A DNA stretch of 64,000 bases from Azolla caroliniana. Taxonomy: Eukaryota; Plantae; Polypodiophyta. The notes beneath the pieces were generated by a model. The model was given only the letters and a program-made list of their open reading frames with translations, searched no databases and was not told the origin of the DNA. A program made the translations under genes and the position numbers. Where the stretch lies: the NCBI GenBank assembly GCA_043228905.1, contig JBHGNT010000004.1:7006001-7070000 (forward strand). Reading direction: 5' to 3'. Below, one piece after another: positions 49,614 to 62,754 of the stretch (the first letter of the stretch is position 1; the number at the start of each line of letters is the position of its first letter).

Positions 49614-52600
49614 AGGTAAATTCAGTTTCCTATCCTTCGGAGACGGTCGACTCCGAATTGACTACCGCATCATCCGTCCAGGATGGGTTTGTTTGTGGCG
49701 CCATTTCTAACACACTCCATGTTATTCCCGAAAAATACCAACACTTCTCCGACATATTTGAAAAATGTAATGCTGATCGGTTGCCTGAACACCGGCTCTA
49801 CGGCTGTCCGATTGATCTTCAAGAAGGTGCGTGTCCACCCTTTGGTCCTCTATATGCGTTGTCTGCACCAGAGTTGAAGGCCCTTCGTGTGTATCTCGAT
49901 GAGAACCTCGAGAAAGGCTTTACTCAACCTTCTAAGTCACCAGCCGGGCCCCCCATTTTATTTGTGAAGAAGAAGGACGACTCTCTACGCTTATGCGTCG
50001 ACTACCGAGGTCTCAACAAACTCATTGTGCGCAACCGCTATCCGCTACCTCTGATCCCCGAACTCCTTGATCGGCTCCGAGTTGCGCGTGTCTTCTCCAA
50101 AGTTGATCTGCGTGGAGCGTACAATCTAGTACGCATCAAGCCGGGGGATGAATGGAAAACTGCATTTCGAACACGGTATGGGCATTTCGAATACAAGGTA
50201 ATGCCTTTTGGTCTTACTAACGCTCCCGCAGTTTTTCAACATATGATGAACGATATTTTCCGGGAATATCTTGATCTTTTTGTTGTCATTTACCTCGATG
50301 ATATTCTCATTTTCTCGCCAAACATGGAGGAGCACACTCGCCAAGTCCGATTAGTTCTTGCCAAACTTCGCGAGCATGGCCTTTATGCCAAAGCCAAGAA
50401 ATGCGAGTTCGACCGTACCTCGATCGAATTTCTGGGCTACATCACTCGCCCACTGGCATCACCATGGATATGAAGAAGGTCTCTGTCATTCAGGCGTGGG
50501 CGACTCCAAGGCGACTTAAAGATGTGCAATCCTTCCTCGGCTTCGCGAATTTTTACCGTCGCTTCATCAAGGGGTTTTCCACCCTAGCACAACCTCTTAT
50601 CGCTCTCACCCATAAAGGCACTCCATTTTTATGAACCTCGGAGGCACAAAATGCGTTCGACTCACTCAAACACGCATTCATCACTGCCCCGGTGCTGCTA
50701 CATGCCAACCCCACAAAACCCTTCCAAGTCGAAACCGATGCCTCTGACTTTGCCATTGGCGCCATCTTATCCCAAGTAGACGACAACAACCTAATGCACC
50801 CAGTGGCTTACTATTCCCGAAAATTTACGGCATCCGAAATCAATTATCGCATTTACGACAAGGAGCTTGTTGCTATCATTGCTGCCTTTGAAGAATGGCG
50901 ACCCTACTTGGCCGGCGCACAACATCGTGTCCAGGTAGTGAATGATCATAAAAATTTAGTTTATTTTTCCACCACTCGTACTTTGAATCGAAGGCAGGCC
51001 CGTTGGTTGACATTTCTCGCCGACTACGATTTTGAGATCGTATTTCGACCTGGTGGCCAACATGGGAAGGCTGATGCCCTTTCTCGCCGAGCTGACCTTG
51101 CACTCCGCCCTGGGGATGCTGCTTATGCTCAACAATCTAGACGTTTGTTGAAACCCGACCGATTGCATCTGTTTGCCACTTGTATGTTGCAGGATGATTC
51201 TTTACTCCAACAAATCACTGATGCATCCAAGACCGATGCGTTCACCAACGAGATTCGAGATAGTCTGCAAAACCCCTCCAAGGCGACCAAAAGGAAGGAT
51301 CTTGACACCTTCACCATACAAGAGGGTTTGTTGTTCCGAGATCATCTCTTATACGTCCCAGAGGGCCCATGTCGCATCCGGGTGTTGCGGGAATGCCACG
51401 ATGACCCACTTGCAGGTCATTTCGGGGTCGCAAAAACCCTCGAGCTAATCTCTCGGGGGTATTGGTGGCCACAACCATGGAAGCTGGTCAAAGAATACAT
51501 AAAGAGTTGTGAGGTTTGTGCTCGCTCCAAAGCCATTCATCATCAGCCATACGGCTTACTACAACCGCTTCCATGTCCTTGTCGTCCTTGGGCCTCTATC
51601 TCTATGGACCTGATAACTGATCTACCCTTGGTCAATAGCTATGACTTGGTGTTGGTTGTTGTTGATCGGTTTACGAAGATGGCTCACTTCACTCCATCCT
51701 CCAAAACCATTTCCGGAGAAGGAATGGTGCAACTCCTACTCAACAATGTAGTACGCTTGCATGGACTCCCCGATGATGTCATCTCGGATCGCGGACCCCA
51801 GTTTGTCTCTCACTTCTGGCAGCGCCTGCTACAAACTTTAGGCATCTCTGTCAAGTTGTCCTCCGCTTATCACCCCCAAACTGACGGGCAAACGGAGCGT
51901 GTCAACCAAATCCTTGAGCAGTATCTTCGGTGCTCGGTTAGTTACCAACAAGATGATTGGGTCAACTTACTTTCGCTCGCGGAATTCGCCTACAATAATT
52001 CTCTCCATGCATCGACTGGCGTCACTCCCTTCTTTGCCAACTACGGTTTACATCCTCGCTTCAACATTTCCCTTCCTACCACTTCCGTGAACCCTTCGGT
52101 GGAGGATCGCGCCCGCATTTTGGAAGAAGTACATCATGGTTTATCCTTGGAGCTTAGTCTTGCTAGTGAACGATACAAGAAGCAGGCTGATCGCCATCGA
52201 TCTTCCACTCCACACTTTGTCGTTGGAGACATGGTCTGGTTGTTATGTCGACACATCTCTACTACTCGTCCATGTGCGAAACTTGATTACAAGAAGTTGG
52301 GACCATTCCGTATCATCGAGTGCATCAATCCCGTCGCCTTCCGGCTCGCCCTTCCATCCCACTTCCGGATTCACGATGTTTTTCATGTCTCCCTCCTCGA
52401 ACCCCATTATGCTTCACAACTCCCAGGATGTCAAGCCCCACCACCACCACCTGTGCAATTGACGACAGGGGAGGAATACGAGGTCGACCAAATCCTTGAC
52501 TCGCGTTGGCACCGTCGACACTTGCAATACCTCGTCCTATGGAGGGGTTACCCCATGTCTGAGGCCACATGGGAACCATCGGCAAATTTACAAAATGCCC

Positions 52601-52719
52601 CCGAGGTCGTCCAAGATTTTCATCACCGATATCCCCACAAACCAGCGGCCGATTTGGGAAGGCGGCGTAAGAGGGGGGATAATGTCAAGATTCGAACTCT
52701 TGACACGACCATGTTATAA
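49610..52719 (+). pseudogene. pol: Chromovirus pol (RT-RH-INT-chromodomain), lacking the protease core, with a frameshift near 50450 and TGA at 50632
   Basis: [31 protein letters not shown], chromodomain YEVDQILD...YLVLWRGY...TWEP; no D(S/T)G motif seen. Confidence 0.92.
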
Positions 52720-54487
52720 TCTAGTATTATGAGTTAACCAAGATATCTAGTACTAGTTATGTATGTAATTGGTCCTTATTATTTTGCTAGCATCATGTGC
52801 ATAGTTGCTCCCTTGTAGTATTTACACTTGGCACATGCATGCATACCTACATGCTCTATTGTAGATTCACATGCGTGCAACAAGTATGCATGCCATATAG
52901 TATAAATAGAGGAGTTCACCTTGAATTCCTTCAAGGTGAACAACACCAGTTATGGAGTCTTTCCTTTAATACTATCTTCTTTCTTGTCCATTTGGTTATC
53001 TTCTTGCTTGTCTCTTGAGTTTATGATCCGTGACAATTAAGGCTGCCATCAGGAGGTTTATATGGTCAGATAAGGACAACCCAATGGCTACCGCGAGAGT
53101 GTCAAGGCATTGGTTAACACAACCGCGTGCCAAAGGGGGGCTTGGCCTCATAGATCCCTTAATGCAGAGCCGAGCATTGCTAGCCAAAATGGTGGTTCGA
53201 TGCCTCCTGCTAGGTAAGGGGTGTTGGAAGGTTCTACTTCACAATAGGTTGCAGGCAGGGACTCCCAAGTATGGTAGGCCTTGGCCCGACTCCTTGAATT
53301 GGTGTTGCATGAACGGAGTCCCACCGAAGATGGCTTGTCTTCCAGAGGAGAGGGTCACGTACGACATCATTTGGTCAAGCACATGCCAGAGACACTAATC
53401 GAGTGGTCTAGACAACCATTATTTTGGAACCCTCAGGTGCGAACAAGTGACGACATGATGTTAGGGCAGCTTAAGGGTCTAGCATGGGGAAAGTTGGCGC
53501 AAACAGGGCTCCACTCTATAGATGATTGGCGACGCACGATGGCTTTAGGAGGAGCCCAAGAGGTCCCATTCCCTCCCCTCAAGGGAGCCATGAAAATGCG
53601 GAGATTGATAGCGGAGGCAGTTGATAGGGTTCCGATGGGGGAGGTGAGAGAAGATGCTTGGTTCAGTCTCTTTGATGAGGTTGGAAGGGTTAAGTTGCTG
53701 AAGGGCATGAGCGGATCGGGAAGAGATACAATTTTTGGGGAGAGTTAGAGTAGAGGCTCTTGGCACCCTATCCGCGTGGTGGTGCAGGTTGGTAACACCT
53801 GGAAGATAGACCCAGATGTTGCTAAGGTGGAACCCCATTGGAAGTTATGGGTATATGGTTGTCGGCCCCTCGTCGAATTAGAATGGGATCCAAGGGATTT
53901 TAGGTGGAAACATGATGGCAAATTTCGTCATTTCATCGAGTACAACACTAAACTGGGCCGAACTTTTCAACTGTAGCTAGACGACCCCTTACGCAACGGT
54001 TGGCATACATTGGGCATCCCTGACGAGGTGCTCATTACCTTTTGGAAGGGTCTCTGGCGTCTCCACATGCCGGAAAAGATAAAGTTTTTTTTGGTGGCAA
54101 ATCAGTCATAATGTGGTTCCCGTTGGGGAATGGCTAGGTAAATGTGGCGGCCCGTGAGGCTGCCCACTTTGCCATTCACCTATTGAGACTTTAAGGCATT
54201 GTCTATGGGATTTCCCTCAAGCTCAAAAGGTATGGGATAGAGTGACTCGCCTCCTTGTGGCATGTGAAGTGGAAGGAACAACATCGTGGAGTGCTGCGGC
54301 ATGGCTTAATCACTTCGTTGATAGGTGGACGGATGCCTTCAATGTGGATAGTTGGTACTACATATGCATGAGAGGCAAAATCGCCAAGATTCGATTTGAG
54401 AGAGGCTTGCAGTCCGAATCCCCTAGGTTCCCGGACATTTGGATGCTGATCGTAGACTTCACCCTGTGGTATGTATGGAAAGCGCGT

Positions 54488-55215
54488 TGTCGTGCCTTTC
54501 GGCTCCGGATCGTTGCGTGAGTCGGGTGGGAACCGCTGGGGTTTTGGACTAGGAAGAGGAGAGTTTTAAGGCTAATAAGAATATAAATATGTTGTAAGAA
54601 AGAGTTATAGCAAACTCGTGAATCCCACGAGTGTATTGTATTAGATTAATCAATATGAATATAAGAATATAAACTTCGGTTGAAAGAGAATGATATAGAA
54701 TTCTCGTGAATCCCACGAGTATAATTTATTAATTGGTGTTTTTTAGAAACATATCTAGTTTCCAAATATTTTTCACACACAATTACATTGTGCTCCCCAT
54801 CCTTATGTAGTGATGAGGAAGTCTTAGTAATCCATGCTTTTTCTCTAACTATAGACCCCATGCTTTTCCTATATATAGACTATATGCTTTATCTAAAGTG
54901 ATCATGCTTTTTTCTAACTTGTGCGTTTTTTATCATGCACGCTAGATGTGTATGTGTAGCTTTTTCTTTTGTTATGCGTTTTTCTAATGTTTATCCTAGC
55001 GTGAATTTACCTTTCTATGTGGGACATCTATACTTTAACACTAATGAAATGCTAGTGTAATGGTAAGACATTACATTATTAACATGGAGGTGCAAGGTTC
55101 GAATCTTGCCCTATGCATGTTCCATTTATTTTGCTATTTTCTTCTATTTCTTCATTTTTTATTGAATCTAATACTATATACGTTTTTCACGTAGTGTACA
55201 AAATACACTACGACA
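54488..55215. mobile_element. Solo-LTR-like insertion (728 bp) with 4-bp TSD GCGT
   Basis: Termini TGTCGT/ACGACA. Removing it plus one GCGT restores the LINE frame WKARCLKVF*DLVQPPEE. Confidence 0.85.
55051..55111 (+). other. tRNA-like pseudo-module (A box, D-arm, B box) inside the solo LTR
   Basis: TAGTGTAATGG at 55053, D-stem GTGT/ACAT, GGTTCGAATC at 55096-55105, 43-nt spacing; no acceptor stem. Confidence 0.6.
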
Positions 55216-56813
55216 GCGTTGCCTAAAGGTCTTCTAGGATCTGGTGCAGCCCCCGGAGGAAGTGATAATGGACATATGGTTTGCGCTGATCAACTGCTTA
55301 CGAGGGCAATTGGACGAGGTTTGCAACCATTCCAATGACGTGGTTATTGCCCGTTTGTGCTTTTGGCAGAAATGGCGGAACACGCCTATGGTGGCACAAG
55401 GAGGAAGTGGCCCGAGGTGGAACTACAAGCCCCACGCTGGTTGTTTCCGGCTCACTTACCACCCTCCCTTCGTTGTCGACCCCAGGAGGTGTCTCGTACT
55501 AGCCATCACTGAAGGGCACTGTTTTTAGCTATAGGTACTTACATTAAGTAGTCATTCTAAAAGGCGATGTAACTAGTCTCATTTTCTTGAACCTGATCGG
55601 AGGCAGATTCCCCGTTCTATGTATAAGCCTCCTTGTACAGTCTCTTTGTAATAATCCTTCCTAACTAATGGGAAAGTGCCTTCATTTTGGAAAAAAGTCT
55701 CTTTGTAATAATCCTTCCTAACTAATGGGAAAGTGCCTTCATTTTGGAAAATAAAAAGATATCTTCACACTCTAAGTTTTGGATTATCAATAATAGTGAG
55801 AAGATTGTATATCTATTGCGATGTCTCATTTAGGACAATTCACTCCCTTGTTGCTAATTTTCCCTCTCTAAGACAAAAACTTACATAAATGTCTCAAAGT
55901 ACATGGTCAAAGATATCATAATTTATGATTTATTAGAAATGCTAGTCTCTAAGTCCTTGAGATATACAATCCAATGCTAGTTAGCTTACTAGCCTATACC
56001 ACATGTCTTCATACCTGAGCCAATATTCTGAACTCAATCGAACCCTTCATGATAGGTTAGCTTGACATATTTCCATCCTATAGATAAATCAATTTTCTAA
56101 TAGTCATAGTTTTAGAAGAGATGTGTAAAATACATTATTCAAGATGTTTAATGGATTTGCAATTTTAGGATACCTTTTCATTATTAATTTCTTGATGAGC
56201 CAATAGTTCTTGTTTGGACATTTCTTAATTGAATGACTACCAATGAAAGCTTGAGAAATCAATCAGAATGCTTCTTAATGTGTAATTAAAAAATTGATCA
56301 AAACTTTTCAGCTCAATGATGGTACTTGTTACCGGCCGGCAAAGGAGTCCAGAGTGGGAAACGGAGAGCTAATTAAGTAGTAGGAATGTGGTTGTAATTA
56401 AGCTATGAGTGTGGACGGACGGACCGGAATCGGTATGCCGTTCCGGATCCGGACCGATCTCGAACAGGTGCGGATGGCACCGTTTTGTAATACAGACCGG
56501 AAACCTATTTAAAGGGCCGGATACAATGTAATAGTTAGCGGTTAATTAATGAAAGCTTAAGCATTGTTATCTCTCTGTGTTAATTGTCGTTCTGTCTTAA
56601 TTGTTATATCTTACGCGTGTTATGAAAGACGATCCTAATAAGTAACTTAATTAAGTCGGATTAAGCGTTGAAGTCTAATCCGGTTGCCGAAACACCCTTT
56701 GGTGAAGTGTCTCCCGTAGACACCCTGTGTTAGGCCATTGTCCGGCCCGAAGAGTTAACACAGTTTTTGGCGACCACGATTCCTGTTTTTGCAGCGAATG
56801 ATGGCACGGATGG

Positions 56814-59800
56814 ATGTCTAGATCAACGCACGACCTGGTTACAGATCGAACTCGACGCCTTGCCGAAAGGCAAAGGAGACGCGAGGCTTTCCAGCAAGCG
56901 GCGCAGGAAATTAGAGCGGATCGCTCGTTTTCCAACGTAATCCGGAGAGTAGCGGAGGACTCCCTCTGGTTACAGCAAACATCGCACCCGGACGACGGCA
57001 GCAGCCTAAGCAGCCTCCGGGAAACCGAATCCCTTCTCCACGCGTTGGCAAACGGAGAAGGCGAAGCAGAGGCCTTTTCAGCATATGAATCGGACTCCGA
57101 AGGGGAATACAGCGTGCACACGAACTACCGTAGCAGCAACGAAACCCCGGGCGGACCGGAGGACGAAGGATCGAATACCTTACCGACACAGGAACCGGAA
57201 CCGGAAGTGCTAACGCTGGAACCCCCAAAACCAGTAGAGGAAGAACGACCTCCGACACCGGAAGTCGAAGAGGAGAGGCCTCCGTCACCAAAGGAAGAGA
57301 AACAACCGACACCGGAATCAAATCGGGAAAGACCACCGACACCGAAGAAAATTCTGGAACGAGCACCAACACTACCAGCTTGCGCACCGATACCAGACGA
57401 CGACATGCCGTTCCAGTACTCCAAGTATAGAGATGATCCGGACGCGGAAGCTCATGTGCACGCCTTTCAACAGACATGGGAAGCCAACCATGTGTCCCAG
57501 CGATTGACCCCAAAAGAAGAAGAACGCTCTAAGATAGCGGAATTTGGCGTCACATTGGAGGGACCAGCAGCAAGATGGCGCCGGACGCAGGACCCGTCTA
57601 CCATCAACACCTTTGCAGATTTAAAAGCTAAATTCATGCATTTTTTTCAAAAGGAGGTGGACCAGACCGTAATGGTAGGCTTATTTTATACCATCCGGCA
57701 AGAGGCAGGGGAGAGCATTCCCCAATTTGTCATCCGGTTTCAACGGATGCATAGTCAGCTTGCCCGTGCACCCCCGGAGGAGGAATTACGGACGATATTC
57801 CTAAACGCGCTCCGGGAACCCCTACGCACGGTTTGCATGGTAATCGACTTCCGCACAAGTACCATCGACCAGGTCATTGACCGGGTGAGAGAGATGGAAA
57901 AGACAAGCTCTTGGCTCACACTGGGAGCACTTCAACGGGCGTTACCGTCCGATGAAGACCTCCGGTTTCGGCAAGCAATACAGTGCACAACCTGCTTGAA
58001 TTCCGGACACTCGGCCCTAGAATGCACTATGAGGACGCAATGTGTAATCTGTCAATCCAAGAGCCATACGACGGATAGGTGCGAGTATAATCTGTTGAGT
58101 CGGCAAGCACCGCCCGTCCGACAAATTGAGCCACGCAGCAGTCGGGATGAAGAAGACGAACGCTGGCGGTGAATGGACCGTGACCGACCGGCACAGGATG
58201 TCCGGTATGGCGAGCGACGGGAAAATGATGTCCGGTATGGCGATCGACGGGAAAATGATGTCCGGTACGGTGATCGGCGGGATAACTATGACCGGCATGA
58301 TTGGTACCAGGATTACAATAGACGATACGAACAGTACGACCGGGAGCACTCCCCCGGGTATCGTCAACAATGGGAGGAATACGGCAGATATAACGGGCAA
58401 CCCCGTCAAGTGTACCGTAATAAGAAGAGCTATAACAAAAAACAGCATTTTAAAAAAGGCGGCTACCCCCGGGATCCGGAACAAGGAGCTCCAAGTAGCC
58501 AACCGGTACAAAACCCCGCGCGTACCGTAGGACCTGCCCCGGGTACAACAGACAATGCCGAATCTAGCAATACCCGGAAAGCCTACTGCTACTACTGCCG
58601 ACAGGAAGGCCATTATAGTAACCAATGCCCGGTGAAGAGCTATGAAAAACGACCGACGGTAAATATGGTAGTCCCTGAGGTGGCAGACCTGCAGCAGGTG
58701 ACCACAAGGTCGAAGGGCATGGCCAAAGAATGCGAGACACAGGAGACCATTCGGAAACAAGCAACGGAATGGGTAAAGAAAGCAAACGAGCAGAATGTCA
58801 CAGACTTACAGTAGCAAAAGGAGAACACCGCAGGGCTTGCCGGCGGTAGTCACTCCGAGAACGAGACATGGCAGGCGTTGCAAGAATGCCAGATTACGTT
58901 ACCACTAGGAAGACTCCTACAACTCGTGCCAAGATTCACGGAAGGACTGAAGATAACCATGACGGCAGGAGAACCATCACCGGCACCGGTACTCTTCTCG
59001 AATCCGGAGGAGGGACCAACAATGGTAGACACCAGCAGTCCGATAATCACTGCCATGGTAAAAGGGAAAGAACTCCCCGGCACAGTTATAGACGGAGGCT
59101 CTGGGGTAAATGTAATAAGCCTCCGGACGTGTGATGACCTAGGAATCCATGAGTGGGAGCCGTGTCCGTTCTGGTTGCGGATGGCCGATACAAGCTCAGT
59201 GCGGCCGACAGGATTAATACGGAAATTAGAAGTCACCGTCGGCGGTCATACATTTCACATCTCGGCCGTAGTGCTACAATTACAGGCACAAGGCGCATAC
59301 CCACTATTGCTGGGGCGGCCATGGTTGAAAACGACACATATCAAACAGAATTGGCGAAAAAATATAATTACCTTCCGGCGAGGAAAAGCCAAGGTACGGG
59401 TACCAACACAGCCAAGGACGAGCACTGGCAAGGAATGTACACCGTTGTATGCGGAATGCGTCAACATGCTAGAAGGGTTAGCGGACGAAGAAGAAGCTCA
59501 ATACCTGTAGGAAAACCCGAAGATCATACCCCTCTTCGAAATTGACATTGCCGAAGCCGTAGCACCATACTTACTGCAACCGGAAGAGGCGGAAGCAGAA
59601 CCGGATAAAGACGCAATCCGGGAGTTACGGCAAGCGCAGGAAGCGTTGGAACGGGAAATGGTCGTTTCACAGCGCGTAAAAGCATCGCAACTGGAAGAGG
59701 TGAATTTAGGCACCAGGGACGAAGCAAAACCGGTGCACATCGCCAAGGAGATGAAGTCCGGAGACAAAACGGCGATGATAACACTTCTCACGGAATTTCG

Positions 59801-62601
59801 CGACGTATTCGCCTGGTCATACGAAGACATGCGAGGACTCGACCCTCAGTTATACCAGCATCAAGTGCACTTGAGCAAGGACACAAAACCAGTGGCACAA
59901 AGACGGTACCGGATGAATCCTAATTACGCCGCCAAGGTCAAGGAAGAAATCGACAAACTGCTAAGAGTTGGCTTTATCCGTTCGGTAAAGAAAGCGACAT
60001 GGCTGAGCCCGATCGTAGTCGTACCGAAGAAGAACGGCAAAATTCGAGTTTGCGTGGACTACCGGAAACTCAATGCGGCTACGGTAACGGATGCGTTTCC
60101 ACTTCCGTTCACAGATGGAGTGTTGGATGTCGTCGCCGGCCATGAGGTCTATAACTTCCTAGATGGATTCAGCGGGTATAATTAGATCCAGATGCACCCC
60201 GACGACCAAGAGAAAACAACATTTGTCACCAAATGGAGGGTGTTTGTGGCCGTGGTGATGATGTTCGGACTCAAAACGGCATCGGCAACATTTCAACGAA
60301 TCATCATGGAAATATTTGGTGAATATATACCGGCTTTTATGCGAGTTTTCCTTGACGATTTCGCCGTCTATAGCCGGGAGGAGGACCATTTTCAGCACCT
60401 CCATCTTTGTCTAGAAAAGTGTAGAGCGTACCGGCTAAGCTTGAATCCGGCAAAGTGTGTATTTGGCGTGTCCAGTGGAACCTTATTAGGACATATTGTG
60501 AGCTAGGAAGGTATTGCAGTCGACCCGGACAAAGTGAAAGCCATATTAGAAGCACGGGCGCCGGTAACGGCAAAGGCATTAAGCCGGTTCTTAGGCCAGA
60601 TCCGGTGGCACAACCGGATGCTTCGATACTTGGCCGACCTGGCTACACCGTTGCATGCCGCCGTACATCGGACACCATTCTAGTGGACCGATACTGAGGA
60701 TAGGGCGTATAAGGCCCTCAAGGTACTATTGTCGAAGGCACCGGTAGTACAACCTCCGGATTGGAGTAAAGAATTTCACGTGTTCGTGGACGCCTCCGAC
60801 ATCGCAATCGGAAGCGTACTGATGCAGCTTACGGAACCAAAGTGGTACTGGCCAGTGTACTATGCCAGCCGGAAGCTATCCCAAGCAAAACGGAACTACT
60901 CTACTACGGAACGGGAAGCTCTAGGAATGATCTACAGTGTGACAAAGTTTCGGCACTATTTATTGGGAAGGAAGTTTTCCTTCCATGTAGATCATTCGAC
61001 ACTCCTTTACCTGGTGTCCAAGGTGTCACTCACCGGCAAATTGGCCCGGTGGACCTTATTGTTACAGGAGTTCGAGTTTGAAATATTCCACCGACCCGGT
61101 ATACAGCATGCCGTAGCGGATTACTTAAGCCGATTAGAGTCCGGAGAGATGGGGGACGGAGTACCGGATGAGTTTCCGGATGCGGAGCTGTTTCGAGTCA
61201 CTATGGAGATGGCAGCAGATGAGACAGTGGCCCAGGAAGACAAGTGGCTCACAAATATGCACCAGTTTCTGAGCACAGGACTGCCTCCGGAAGAGCTGAA
61301 CCGGGACGAACGGAAACGCCTGGCGGTACAAAGCCGACATTTCTGCTTACTGCAAGACACACTGTACCACAAGGGCGCTGATGGCATATGGAGACGGGCG
61401 GCGGTGTGCAACGATGAAAAGGAACTAATACTGAGGGAAGCCCACTGCGGAGTTGCCAGAGGTCACTATGCCGGAGATGCGACGGCCAGAAAAATATGGC
61501 AAAGTGGCCTATGGTGGCCAACGACATTAAGAGATGCGGTACGGTACGCAAAAGAATGTGACCTATGCCAGAGAATGGGCCAGCCAACGGAGCAGGCTCG
61601 TATGCCACACTAGCCGGTACTACCACTCGAGCCATTCCAAAAGTGGGGGTTGGACTTTTGTAGGACCGTTCAAGCCACCGGCAATGAGAACGGGTAATCG
61701 GTACGTTATCGTTGCTACGGATTACTGCACGAAATGGGTGGAGGCCAAAGCTTTACGGGATAACACCGCTGCGTCAACGACAAAGTTTCTATATGAGTAC
61801 ATCTGGTGCCGTTACGGATGCCCCATTGAATTGATAAGTGACCAAGGGGGGCACTTTCTCGGACAAGTAGTGGAAAGCCTAACGACCTTCTATGCCGTGG
61901 TCCACAAACGAAGCACACCTTACTATCCATAGGCGAACGGATTAGCGGAATCAACAAACAAGACGCTCCAGAATATCCTTCGGAAGATCGTCAACGAGAA
62001 CCGGACGGATTGGGACACAAAGCTACATAGCGCGCTTTGGGCATACCGGATGGCATACAAAACGAGCATCCGAACAACACCGTTCCGGTTGGTGCCGGTA
62101 GAATTCCAAGTACCTAGCTTACGGATCCAGCTACGGGAAAGGCTGAACGAGAAGGAGTCGGAGACAATAAGGTTGACAGCGCTGTGTGAGCTCGAGGAAC
62201 GACGGTTGGCCAGCATCCTACATTTAGAATTGGAGCAACGGCGACGGAAAGCATTCGTCGACCGGCACAGGAAAGGTAACGAAAAAATGTTCGCAATCGA
62301 CAAACCGGTGTTAGTATTCCAAACCCGGATGGGCAAGATGTTAGGTAAACTATGGTTTAGATGGATCAGACCATATTGGCTAACACGGGAGTATAATGGG
62401 TCCTACCAGTTAGGGACACTTGCCGGCGAAGTGCTAGGCAAATGGGTCAACGGATTCCGGTTAAAGGCATATAGAGGACCGATGCCTAAGAACCCGTTTG
62501 AGCAAAGGACCGACGGCAACCACCAAGACGGTAGAGACGGCAAGCCGGGAACCGGAGAGAATGAGGCCGGTAAGGGTCCGAGAGGACCAACGGACAAGTG
62601 A
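56814..62601 (+). pseudogene. gag-pol: Gypsy gag-pol with multiple nonsense mutations
   Basis: Three CCHC knuckles, protease VIDGGSGVN, RVCVDYRKLN, FLDD, FVDASD, YCTKWVEA; stops at 58170, 58812, 59508, 60183, 60504, 61611, 61930 and others. Confidence 0.92.
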
Positions 62602-62754
62602 CGTCACACTAATAATAATAATAACTGAAAAAAAAAAAAAAAAACAATCATGCAAAAGCGAGGAATGAATGGAGGAAAGAGCGAGGAGCGAAAAGGTACA
62701 TAGTGGGCATTTAAAGCGCCACCACATGACATAATGCTATTTTAAGTACACGAC

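Larger units (their letters stand above)
48164..53035 (+). mobile_element. Ty3/gypsy chromovirus (Tcn1/Tf1-like) with both LTRs
   Basis: 353-bp LTRs 48164-48516 and 52683-53035 (one difference seen); TSD ATTAA; PPT AAGAGGGGGGATAA; gag, RT YLDD, RNase H, integrase and chromodomain. Confidence 0.97.
47702..55757 (+). mobile_element. 5'-truncated decayed L1-clade LINE, interrupted by two LTR insertions
   Basis: RT end EYVDDTILFL, FKYLG, LSFAGRVLIAN; frame resumes at 53036 (IRRFIWS, GGLGLID); zf-RVT-like CPLC...ETLRHCLWD; WYVWKARC; A-rich tail; CTTCACACT on both flanks (47693-47701, 55763-55771). Confidence 0.9.

Noticed and set aside
55051-55111. Functional tRNA gene
   Set aside because: No acceptor stem, weak anticodon arm, and embedded in a TG...CA insertion; kept only as a tRNA-like module.
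54488-55237. Helitron (hairpin followed by CTAG)
   Set aside because: The CTAG belongs to the LINE frame; TG...CA termini and a 4-bp TSD explain the boundaries better.
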